From the human T2T-CHM13v2.0 reference genome, Homo sapiens: a stretch of DNA of 64,000 nt. A program made the position numbers and the translations under genes. Where the stretch lies: assembly GCF_009914755.1 (NCBI RefSeq), contig NC_060926.1; one strand, 5' to 3'. Under the pieces are notes generated by a model. That model was not told the DNA's origin, searched no databases, and saw nothing but the letters and a program-made list of their open reading frames with translations. This document shows positions 1 through 12,075 of the stretch, in pieces; positions within the stretch are counted from its first letter, which is position 1; every line of letters starts with the position of its first letter.

Positions 1-463
1 GGGAAAAGGGGATTTAATGATCAGCTTTTGCCACTGTGAACTAACTGAACCCACTGGCATGGAGACTAATAGTTTAATATGTTGTTCAACAAGGGTGAGA
101 TGTCTGTGTGAGTAATAAGGGCACCTGTAGTTATGGTGACAAGGGTAAAATTGTCCTCGCCACAGGGCCTCGGCCTTGGGGGCTGTACTCCACTCATTTC
201 CCGAGTACGGTCAGGGCCAGCCACTCAGCACTTCCCAGCCTCAGGAGAAACAATTTTCACGACAAGAAAGGGGCCTGATGATGTGTAAGCAGAAGAAATC
301 CTTGGAGAGCAAGTAGCAAGAAGGGTGAGACAGAGGCTCGCAGATTTAACACAAACAGGGCAGCAGGGCCCTCCAGGTACCCCTGGCCCAGGCCGAGAAA
401 GAGCCAGCTCCGAAGGACTTGAGAGGAATGACTACCATATATTATTCACTCTTGCTAAAGAGT

Positions 464-809
464 TGTATTAGTTTGTTTTCACACTGCTATAAAGATGTAC
501 CTGAGACTGGGTAATTTATAAAGAAAAGAGGTTTAACTGACTCACGTTCCACAGGGCTAGGGAGGTCTCAAGAAACTTAACAATCATAGCGGAAGGGGAA
601 GAGGCATGTCTTACATGGCAGCAGGTGACAGAGAGTGGTAGGCAAATGAGGAAAAGCCCCTTATAAAACCATCAGATGTCATAAGAACTCACTGTCACAT
701 GAACACCGCCCCCGTGATCCAGTCACGTCCCATCAGGTCTCTCCCTTGACACGTGGGGATTAAAATTTGAGATGAGATTTGGGTGGGGACACAAAGCCAA
801 ATCATATCA
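464..809 (-). mobile_element. THE1D/MSTA-like MaLR solo LTR
   Basis: Reverse complement begins TGATATGATTTGGCTTTGTGTCCCCACCCAAATCTCATC and ends AACTAATACA; imperfect 5-bp TSD AGAGT (459-463) / AGAAT (810-814). Confidence 0.9.
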
Positions 810-1189
810 AGAATCCAGAAGGGGTGGGGACTGCTTTTTTTATTTTATTATTTTTAAGGTATTTGACAAATGACATCTGGAAAAGTGAGGGCTTCTGGGG
901 ATGGAAGGATGGAAATGAGTTGGTGAGGAAATTTGTGCAGGTTCTTTGGGATGACAACAACAAAAAAGCAAAACTAATTTTACTCAGCACACGGCCCTCA
1001 TGACCTTTCATTGTGGCCTGCAGGCTCAGCAGCTGTGTGGTGGGGCCTGCGACCTCTACCTAGCTCAGGCCCTGCAGAGCACAGAGAGCTTCTCAGTGAG
1101 TGGTCATTAGACAAGAGAATGAATGAGTGACCCCAGGCCCCCTCACAAATGACAGCGTGAAGGGGGCCGGTGATGGGGACTCAGTTGTC

Positions 1190-1340
1190 TCCAGGTACTA
1201 TGCTCAGTGCTTTATTGGGCACCATCTCACATCATCCTGAGAACAACTCCATGAGGCAGGAGAGATTAAGTATGTCCCCAGGGCCACAGCCTGGCATAAG
1301 GCAGCCAGACTTCAACTCAGGGCTCCTAAACCACCACTCA
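1190..1340 (-). mobile_element. MIR fragment
   Basis: CCAGGTACTATGCTCAGTGCTTTA...CAACTCCATGAGGCAG resembles antisense MIR; boundaries approximate. Confidence 0.55.
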
Positions 1341-1874
1341 TATGTCTCACTTCTGGGACAGAAGCCCCAGAGTAGGCAACTCTCAGAGAGGACAGAACTG
1401 CGATGCCTCCACTCAGCCCTTCTGCTGACACTCTATTTCAACTTGAAATAATGTCGTCTTAATTTAAATTCCAGCTTGGGTTGAGAATTTGTTGGTATCA
1501 GAGTTTATTTTGAGTGGGTTTTGCTTTAATTTTCATTTGAAAGGAAGCCTTCTTTCCAGAACTGCAGAGCCTAGTACCTGACACCTAACTCACCTGCCCC
1601 AGCCACACTGTCATTTTGAGGGGACTTGGGCTCATTCATTCTCTTATCTAATGACCACTCTCTGAGAAGCTATCTGTGCTCTGCAGGGCCTCAGCTAAGC
1701 AGAAGAACACGGGTCCACCACACAGCCCCACAACCCAGTCCTGCACTCAAGGAGCCTACAGTCATGAGGATGATGACGGGATAGTCCCAGGGGGAACCAG
1801 GGTTTCTCATGGAGGTTAAGTGGCTATCGCTGTCTTTCCAGACTGGACCTTCCTGGGAGTGGCAGCTTGAGGCA

Positions 1875-2085
1875 GAGGAAAGAATGAATACTGGATTCTA
1901 GTCCCAGCTCTGCACTCACTCACTGTGTGACCCCAGAAGACCTACTTGGAACATCAGACTGTCCCTCTGTAAAGTGGGCATCATGATTCCTGGCCTGCCC
2001 AGGTCACAGGGTCATTGCGGGAATTAAGTGAAAGGATACTGTAAAAGTGCCTTAACAACTGAACAGCTTTCTACAATAGAAAGGC
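1875..2085 (+). mobile_element. MIR SINE
   Basis: GATTCTAGTCCCAGCTCTGCACTCACTCACTGTGTGACC...CTCTGTAAAGTGGG MIR core; boundaries approximate. Confidence 0.7.
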
Positions 2086-2180
2086 TTACTCTTGGGCCAG
2101 AATTTAAGTATGAAATTGCACTTGAGTAAGGGGCGAGCGGTGGCTCAGTCTACCCTATGAATATATCTCTGTGAAAGCCG

Positions 2181-2303
2181 ATTACATGCTTATTACTCCT
2201 CTCCAGGAATAAAACCCACTTTCCACATGGCCAGCCCCTTCCCCAGCACACCCTGGCTTATCTCAGCCATGTGGCCCCTTCTGCCAGCCACTGCTGTCAG
2301 AAA
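2181..2303 (+). repeat. Local dispersed direct repeat, copy 1 (123 bp)
   Basis: Ungapped alignment to 3083-3205 with 112/123 identities (counted by hand); offset 902 bp. Confidence 0.95.
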
Positions 2304-3082
2304 TGAGCAACTCAGTCAGGGACTTGGGAACACACGTCAGAGAAGTGTGTTTTGCAGCTATCACACAGGAAAACAGTGTTGGATCATTATCCAGGAGATG
2401 AAAATACACTCAGTCCACAGAACTGTATTTTTTAATTATGTTCATTAAAAGGAGATTGAACCAAAAATGAAGCTCAATGGAAAGCTGATTTTGCTAGAAC
2501 TTTTCCATTCAAAACACAGCCATAGTTTATAGTATTGTCATGTGGGTAAATGACACCCCAGGGAACAAATAGGTTTAGAAAGAAGCAAAATACCTCAAGC
2601 AGTCCCTGGTCCCCCTCAGGAAAGTCAGAGCACCCTCTCTGGGTAGCACAAAGTTGGGAGTGGGGCACAGCCCACCTAAGGCTAAAATTCAAGATGGCCT
2701 CCGGAATCACATAAGGATGGGCTTATCTATACACCCAAGACACCTGACACCCCGGGGAAGCTATTTTTAATCTTCGACTCCTCAACTTTCATGCTTGGCC
2801 TGGGAATGGCCTCCCCAAGCCCAGTCCCCCTTTCCCCTCTGGGAGGGAAGGTGTGTTGCTGGTAGGATCAACCCACCTTCTGTCTTGCCCTGATCAGCCT
2901 CTTGGCTCCCACATATCATACGGCTTACAGAGATCATTTAGGACAAGTGCATTTCCACCTGCTCATGAAGGCTGCATCTAGCTGATCCTCTCTCTTGGTG
3001 AGCCAGCTTCAGCTGCTCTGAAGGGAGTATGGTGTGTGGGAGAAATAGGCTTTCCAGCAGCCTGCACATTTCTATAATGCCA

Positions 3083-3205
3083 ATTACATGCTTATTACGC
3101 CTCTCCAGGAATGAAACCCACATCCCATGTGGCCAGCCCCTTCTCCAGCACACTCTGGCTTATCTCAGCCACGCAGCCCCTTCTGCCAGCCACTGCTGTC
3201 AGAAA
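3083..3205 (+). repeat. Local dispersed direct repeat, copy 2 (123 bp)
   Basis: Matches 2181-2303 with 11 mismatches and no indels. Confidence 0.95.
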
Positions 3206-3337
3206 AGTATGGGATCTTAATCAATTGCCAATGGGACTGGAGGGAAGGCAGGAGCACAAATGCCCATCTCGGAGCCAAGAGAGACTCAAACAAGAGCTTG
3301 AACAGCCAGCAGGTGCTGCACAGATGGGCCATTTTAG

Positions 3338-3974
<637 letters not shown>

Positions 3975-4172
3975 GTGCAGCAGAAAGAGCACTGGCATGG
4001 AAGGCCGGAAGTCAGAGGACTTGAAGTTAAACATGCATTCTGTCCCATCCTGGCCATGTGATGTGGATAGGTCCTTTCACTTCTCTAGAAATTAGTTTTT
4101 CTCATCTATAAAGTGTGGATGTAATAACCACCCTGTAGGGATGTTGTCATAATCAATAAAAAGGAGGTAAGT
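3975..4172 (+). mobile_element. MIR SINE
   Basis: GCAGAAAGAGCACTGG...TTTTTCTCATCTATAAAGTG. Confidence 0.65.
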
Positions 4173-5331
4173 TGTGTATGCAGTGATGGCCTCAAAGACA
4201 GACACACCAGTACATAATTAGATAGATAGAAGAAAGATTCCGTCTTCCCTGTGGTTCTGAAATACTGCCTCCTGGTCTTCTATTCTTTGTGGGCTAGAAC
4301 AGTGTCAGAGACTCTGCATGTGTTTTGCAAAGGTGTGTATGGATGGGAAGTGGGGGTCAGAAAGGGGAGGAAGGGAGGGAAGAAGGAAGAGCTGGCACAG
4401 ACTTGATTTTCTCAGAAGAAATAATGACAGGCAGATCAAAGCCTGCCTCCTTTTAAAACATATACACTGTCACACCCCAAATATGGGCGTGTACCCCTCA
4501 GGGGGTCCCCCTCAGTAGGGGATGGTGGGATGCTGGGCCCTATCTCAATAAGTGGCTTGGGGGTCAGCCTTCCCTTGGGCTGAGTATTATGGACCTTGAC
4601 CCATTATGCAGGCCTACATTCTCCTTCTCCTCCCAGTTCTGGAATAAGGCCTTTTTTTCCCCCAACACTCTACCTTTCCCCAAGTCAGAATCCCATCCCA
4701 CACAGGGCCTCCAGTTGCCATGTAACACTGCTACAAAACAACGTCTTCCCACTTAGCACATGTGTATGTGGAGCTAAGGGGGTGCTTCAGGGGGCCCAAG
4801 ACTGGTGGGATGAAATTCCTGCTCAAGAAGCATAGAGCTTCCTAAGGAACTGGGGAGGGCAAACAAGGCCAGGTAAGGATCATTGGGAGCCTTAAGCAGA
4901 AAAGAAATTATAGTACTCCCTAATATGTAATTCTAAATAAAAACAATAGGCAATGTTAAACACGACATATGAGTATGCTGAAATGAACAGAGGTTCTCTG
5001 TAGATTTTCTAATGCCAAAATTCTGGATAAGTTCATGGGAGCTTAATTCATTTACTCCCCGCCTATGGGTGCCCTGCCAGGCTACTGCTATCAGCATGCG
5101 CTCTGTCTGCTTATCCAGGAGCTCAGCACTGACAGTCTGGAGACCCCAAGCAAAGGGCCCAGAAGCTCAGGAGGCACTGCTTCCAGCAGGACTATTGTGG
5201 GAATGCAGCATGGGGTGAGGAAGGGCGCATTTGAGAGAGGCCTTGAAGAAGGGGTAACATTTTGACAGATTGAGATATGGGAGAGTTTTCTAAGATAGCT
5301 AATGGACTGGTCCAATAAAGCTATAGTGGGG

Positions 5332-5368
5332 AAAAACAAAAACAAAAACAAAAACAAAAACAAAACAA
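5332..5368. repeat. (AAAAAC)n microsatellite
   Basis: About 6 tandem units seen directly. Confidence 0.95.
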
Positions 5369-5499
5369 GGTATGTTTGAAGGCTCAAACCAAAATTGAGA
5401 ATGGTGAATATCTCAATTTTCTCTGGAGTAAAGTTTCCAGTGGATGAAAAATAATCCTAGTAAGTTAGGTTAAGACCACAGCATGGATGGCCTTCATCA

Positions 5500-6975
5500 C
5501 CCATTGTGTGATTTGGATCTCACCTCCTCTCACCTCTTCAAGGAACTCTTTCCTGTAACTGTGCCTCTTTCCTTACATTGTCAAAGCTCCCCTCTCTGCT
5601 GGACCACTCCCATTAGCATACATGCGGTGAATTTCCCATCTTTAAAATACCCTCCCTCCCCTCAGCCCCAGAACCCTCTTCAGCAGTCATCCCCTTTCTC
5701 AGCTTCCCTTACAGAAAGGGAATTCTGTTTGCACTTTCTTCCCTTCCTTTCTTGAGCCCCAACCCCATTAGGCTTTTATCCCAGTGATTCTACTGAAATT
5801 GCCTTCCTGAGAATCATCATGACTTGCACATGGTTAAATCCAATCGGCATTCCTGACTCTCACCCTGCTTGATCTAGCAGCATCCATGGTTGGCACAGTA
5901 GCCTCATCCCTCCCCTGTGACACTTCCCTCCTCTGCCTCCAGATGCCACTCACTCCTGCTTTCCCTCCCACCTCTCTGGCAGCCCCTCATCACTCTCCTC
6001 CTCCAGCTAAACACTGAAGCGTTCCAGTTGTGCATCCAGCACCCTACCTGACCTCATTTAGTCCCAAGGATTTAGACTCCGAGGTGACTCCCAAATTTAT
6101 ATCTTTGCCTCCAACCCTCTCATATCCAACAACTTACACTGCACTTCCACTTTAAGGTCTAAAATATATCCTGAGTGTGTGGCCCCAACCCGGTCTTGGT
6201 TTCCCTCTGGACCTGCTCCTACTGAGCTTCCCCATCTTAGTAGAGGCAAATCCATGCTTCCCATTTCCCCAGCCTTGAACAAGGCATCACCCTTGACTCC
6301 TCTATCTCAATCCCTACTGTCAGCAAACCCTGTGGACTCCTCCTTGAAATATACTCCATGCCATCTCCCAGCACCTGCACCACTGTCACCTGACCCCATC
6401 TCTTACCTGAACTCTGATCTCCCTGGCTCTTCCCCTTTCCCCTTAGAGATTATTCCCCACACAGCAGCCAAGAAGAGTACAAGTCAGATCACATCACATC
6501 TTGGCTCAAAACCTTCTCCTGGCTGCACAACTCACTCACGGACAAGTCTTCACGGTGGCACAAAGGCCCCACCAAGGCCCCACACACGGTGGCCCAAAGT
6601 CCCCTCCTACTGCTCTCCCCTCACTCCCTCTACTCCAGCCACACCAGGTTCCTCCCCAGGCCAGCCGAGCTGCCACCTCAGGGCCTTTGCACCTGCTGCT
6701 CCTTCTACCTGGAATGCATTAGATTCTGCATGGCTCACTCCCTCCTACTGAACCTCACCTCTTCCAAGACTTGTCTGGACCACCTTCCCCTTATTCAGCT
6801 GTTTTTTCTTCATAGCATTTGTCACCACCAGAGAGGTTATATATATCTCTTTGCTTTCTGTCTCCTCTTGCTAGAATGTTGGCCTCGTGAGGACAGGAAT
6901 TCCAGTGGGTATCCCTAACACCCAGTCCAGACCCTGGCATATGGTTCTACTCCATAAATATTTGCTGAACAAATA
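5500..6975 (+). mobile_element. L2 LINE 3' portion (L2a/b-like)
   Basis: C/T-rich L2 ORF2-type sequence, GGGCCTTTGCACCTGCTG...CCTGGAATGC, ending CCTGGCATATGG...CATAAATATTTGCTGAACAAAT. Confidence 0.8.
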
Positions 6976-7213
6976 CCAGGCCCAAAGTATGAATTTTATT
7001 AGAGAAGTAATGGGGAACCACTGAAAAATTCTAAGTGTGACCCCACACGGCAGGGCTCTAGGACCATGAGCTGGCAGGGATGGCAGGCTAGTGGGATGGC
7101 ATAGAGGGAGGCCCAGACCAAAAGTTGAAATACCTGATATGTGGCTCCACTCTACCATGGACTGCTGTGTGCAGCAGGCCAATCGCTTCATCTCTTTGGG
7201 CCAACTTCCTACA

Positions 7214-7292
7214 TAGTTATTAAGTTATTAAGACAGTTAAGTTATTAAGTTATAATAGTTATTAAGACAATAGTTATTAAGACAGTTAAGAC
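7214..7292. repeat. AT-rich imperfect tandem repeat of AGTTATTAAG(AC) units
   Basis: Seen directly; lies between two opposed MIR fragments. Confidence 0.85.
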
Positions 7293-7294
7293 TG

Positions 7295-7500
7295 ATCTGA
7301 GTACTTGTATTGGGTTAGGTGCTTCACATGAATCATCTCATTTCACCCTTGCCATAATTCTAAGATGTAGTTATCACTATTATTCCTATTTCAGAGGTGG
7401 GGAAACTGAGGCATAAAGGTTTACAATAATGCTAGGAAGTTGATAGGCCTCGATCCCATTGCAAGACACCTGACCCCAGAGCCAGTGTCCCTCCCACCTT
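7295..7500 (-). mobile_element. MIR SINE
   Basis: TATTATTCCTATTTCAGAGGTGGGGAAACTGAGGCA antisense core. Confidence 0.75.
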
Positions 7501-7871
7501 GTTAATCCAGACCCATGAGCAGGGTCTGGATCTCATGACCTGCAAGGTGCCCACCCATCACCAACACTCCATATTATGGAGAGAGAGACGGGTAGAGGCA
7601 GGCATAGGGAGATGGATGGGGAGAGAGCACAAGTGACAAGCTAAGGAGGCCACTGGAATTGTCTAGATGTGGATTAAAAGAAACTGACTGGAGAATGACA
7701 AGACAGGGCTGGATGGAAGACAGGGAGCAGAGAAAACACCGGCAGGCTTGTCAACCAACCAGATACAGGTGGAAGGAGGTGGAAGAGACCAGAGACCAAG
7801 AGCTCTAAGCTGGGTGAGGACAAGGTTGAAAGCATCTGTAACATGAAAGAAAGGTGGCAATGAGAGGGCAA

Positions 7872-8280
7872 GTGCATGTGAGTTCTCCAGAGAAACAGAA
7901 CCAACAGGGTATGGGTGTACAGATACAGAAAGAGAGATTTAAACAAAGTGGCTCATGCTATTCTGGGGTCTGACAAGTCCAAAATCTGCAAATCAAGCCA
8001 ACTCCAACCAGAGTTGAGTGCAAAGGCTGGTAACTCAGGCAGGCCTTCTATGTTACAGTCTTGAGGACTGCAATTTCTTTCTTTTTCAGGAAAGTTCAGT
8101 CTTTATTCTTAAGGCCTTCGGCAGATTGGATGAGGCCCGTCTACATTATGAAGAGTAACCTGCTTGATGAAAAGTCTACTGATTTAAATGTTAAACATAT
8201 CTAAAAAAAATCTTCATAGCACACTGGTGTTTGACCAGACCACAGCCTAACTGAGCTACCACATAACATTGACCATCACA
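7872..8280 (-). mobile_element. MLT2 (ERVL, MLT2D-like) solo LTR
   Basis: GTTCTCCAGAGAAACAGAACCAACAGG...GATTGGATGAGGCCC...CATTGACCATCACA. Confidence 0.85.
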
Positions 8281-8817
8281 GAGAGCTCGTCCTCAGACAT
8301 GCCGAGTCCACCAGAGACCCCTGTGGAATGTTGGGCACTTTCAGAAGGACATTTCTTCCAGTAAGGGGCGGGGCCACTGGCTTTTCTACAGGAGATCTGC
8401 AAAGGTCAGAGTGTCCATCTTGATTTCCTTTTCCTTGTATTATTTTGCCAAGTCTCTGAGGCCTTGTAGAAGCTTTACTCTTCCCACAATTATGGCTGTT
8501 GTTATTATCCTTCTTAGTCTTAGCACGAGGATGCTCTGGCTGGATTCCAAGAAGGAGAATTACTTTCTGTCTCCCTTACACCCTCCTGTTGCTTTTAATT
8601 GGATGCAGAGTGTCTTGTCTTCTCTCCCCAGACGGACAAGGAGCGTGGCCTGTGATAGTTTAAGTGGCTGCCCTGCCCTGGCTCAGAGATGAGTTAGCCC
8701 TCAGTCGGGGTGACGCCAAGTCACCCTGGCAGCCACATGAAGATATTTGCTTCTAAAGAGATTCCTGAGGCTCTTGTGCTTATCACTTATAGGGAGGGGG
8801 TCTGCCCCAAGAATCAC

Positions 8818-8945
8818 AATGGGGTCTAGTCCTGCCTCTGCCACTAACATGCGGGGAGACTGTGGACCAGTCTTTTCCAATCTCTGGCCTTTAGTTTCCC
8901 CACTGACCTGGGTAATCTCCAAGGTTTCTTCCAGTCTGACGTTCT
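8818..8945 (+). mobile_element. MIR3-like fragment
   Basis: GGTCTAGTCCTGCCTCTGCCACTAAC...CTCCAAGGTTTCTTCCAGTCTGAC. Confidence 0.6.
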
Positions 8946-9292
8946 CCCATGCCATCATGGCAGGTCATTGATGTCCTGCTCATATACAAAGAAAAGGGAT
9001 TCTGCTCCAAGTCCACAGTCCTTTCTTCCTCAGTCTTCCCAGGGCTGCCCACTTTTTTGAGTACAACCTAAGGTATGAAATGTATACTGCAGCCAGTACA
9101 CTACACAGCACGCATATCTACAAGTGCAATGGAGACCAACATTTTATGAATGAAACTCCTTTTTTACCTGTAATGCTTTCTCCTTCTGTCTCATGCCTTT
9201 AAAAGGTAAAATTCACTGATGCATCATAATCTATATTAAAACAAACAAACGCTGGTCCATCTGGCACTGTATCCAGGTATGATGAGAAACTA

Positions 9293-9639
<347 letters not shown>

Positions 9640-10066
9640 TCAGTATTTTCTTACTCTGAGAAGCCAAGGCACCTCTTCAGAGACCATATACCTTCAACCT
9701 CAAGGGTCTTAGCATAGTGCAAAAGATCCTCGACAAAAGGGATCATGTCTGAGATCAGCCAACCTTGGCAACTTTAGGAAGAAACCTGGTACGTGGAGGC
9801 CAGGGGAGTGATATTAGCATGTCCCAAGAATTCCTTTCAGGATTAGTACATACTATTAGTTGCTCATTATTCGTGCTTATGTTTATCATCACAATTTATG
9901 TCCCCACCCTGTATGGTGAAATGGGAATGTAAATTAAATTCACATCCACTACAGTGTACTCATGTAGACTGTGCAACTCTATAAAAACAATAGTTTTTGC
10001 CTCTGGAAAGCTTTAAGCAACAAGTGCTGCCTGGCGGATATGATACTCTAAGAGGGCCCAGATGTA

Positions 10067-10069
<3 letters not shown>

Positions 10070-10102
<33 letters not shown>

Positions 10103-10122
10103 ACGCATGCATGCGCACATGC
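10070..10122. repeat. (TG)16 plus alternating purine-pyrimidine tail
   Basis: Seen directly; tail CACGCATGCATGCGCACATGC. Confidence 0.95.
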
Positions 10123-11669
10123 TTGGGGTAGGGGAGCCTTCATCAGTGGCATCTTCATCAGGTAAGAGGCTGACTTAGTCCATAGCTAATGAGCATATGT
10201 AGTGAGGTGTATAACGCATGCAAGTGTGCTTGTAAACCTTAACCCCATCTTTAATGCTAAATATCCCTGTTAATGATTCCCATCGTTCTCATTGTTACAG
10301 ACATACACTTTTTCTCCTCTTCTGCCTGCTCCTCAGTGCAGGAAGTTGAGGTCCTCACCCACATAGTTGCTCAGGTGAGGTTGCTTGGCTGTTGTCCAGG
10401 TGTGAGAATGCCTGGCCTCTCTGAGGGGCTCCACAAGTCTCCCAGCCATTTCCCTCCTCTGAGGTGATGATGAGCCTCTCTCTCAGGACATGACAGGCAG
10501 GAGCTGCTACTCAACCCAGATCTCCCTCCTCCTCCCACCATGGCGGAAAGCCAGATCAGAACTCTCAGTCCATCCAGGGCCAGCTCTGTGCTGAACTAGA
10601 AAGAGACCCTAATTCAGCCCTGCTGGGATGAGAGCATCAAGATTCAGGGTTTCAGGGCAACTGCCCTCCACCAGGTCCGGTTAGCGGGGCTCCCTCCATC
10701 TCAGCTAGAGCCGCCACCACCTGCCCTTCCCCATGGGGTGCTCCCACACATAACGGTGTGTCAGAAACACTGCTGCTTTATTATCAATATGCAAAGCCTT
10801 CGAGGCAGCAGGAGGCGGGGTAGCGGTGAAACACCAGGGGCTATTTATGAGCCTCCAACTCCCATGCTGGGCTTTATTTGCTTAATGAATGGCCGGGGCC
10901 AGCCATCAGCCCAGGGATTTATTTGTCACTGGGAGCAGAAGACACTAGGATGTGGAGATGTAAAAATGACAAATTCTCCAACTCAGCCAAGGTGGTATTT
11001 CATTGGCATGATATCTAGTGGGGAAGCGAAGGTGAGGAGAAGGGAAGGACGGCTCCCATGCTAAGCAGCAACGGCTGAGAGTAGCTTAAAGTTGAGGGAT
11101 TGGCCATGTTCAAAAACCAAAAAAGCTGCTTTCTAGAATGAAGAATGAGGGCTAGGGATGAGAACATTTATTAGCAGTTCTCAGGTGCTCTTCCCTATGC
11201 TCAATTCTCTGGGGGTTGCTCCCTGAGCCCCCATTTCTCAAACTGCCCCACCCAACAAGAACTCTAACGCGTGCAGAGGGAAGAAAATTGGCCCAGAAGA
11301 CAAGAGGCTTGAGTTTGAGTTTCTGTTCTACAATTCATTAGTGGGGTGACCGTGAGCAAGTCATTCGCGGGATCTATTTTGTCATTTGTAAAAGGAAAGG
11401 ATGGACAAGCTCTATGACTCTTATTTAAAGTGGAGGAATATAAGGAACTAAAGTCAGGAATAGTCAGCCAGCCTATTAAACAGACCCTGCCACCTCTACA
11501 TTCACTGTCACAGAGGCCACGTCATGACGTCTGCAACCAACATCATCTCACTGCCTCCACCACCGTCATCTTCACACACCTCATCATCTCCACCAGCATC
11601 CGACCATCTGGTCCTCCACAGAGCCAATCTCACATGAAGACTGACTTATTTTATTTGTAATACAATACA

Positions 11670-12075
11670 ACGTAGTTATATTTCTCAGCCTGCCCTGTAA
11701 TCATATAGAACCACATAACTAATGGAAGGTTAGTGGAAGTTATATGTACAACGCACAGGTCACAACCTTTAAAATGAAAATGAGCTGTCCTCCGCCCCTC
11801 TCTTTCCCCTTCCCCGGTCTAGGACATGGATGTGATGCTGATGGCCAGTCGCAATCATGTAGACTAGAACAACACTCTACATCCCAGAGGAGTAGCAATC
11901 CCTGGCTCTCCACGTGACCTCCTGTTGCAGAGTGCTACTCACCCTACACCACCTTTAAACTGTTTAGAGAGAAAAGCGGCAACTTCTATCTTGATTGACT
12001 ACTATAATTTTTTTGTATATTTGTATATTTTGTATATTTGTTACAACAGATTAACCCATATCCCCACTAGCTATA
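11670..12075 (+). mobile_element. Old MaLR LTR (MLT1J-like)
   Basis: GAGAGAAAAGCGGCAACTTCTATCTTG...TTTGTTACAACAG resembles the MLT1 3' end. Confidence 0.6.

Noticed and set aside
2170-3205. The 123-bp direct repeats as LTRs of a miniature LTR element (TG...CA ends, AATAAA at 2208)
   Set aside because: No TSD, PBS or polypurine tract; homology continues past the CA; AATAAA is absent in copy 2
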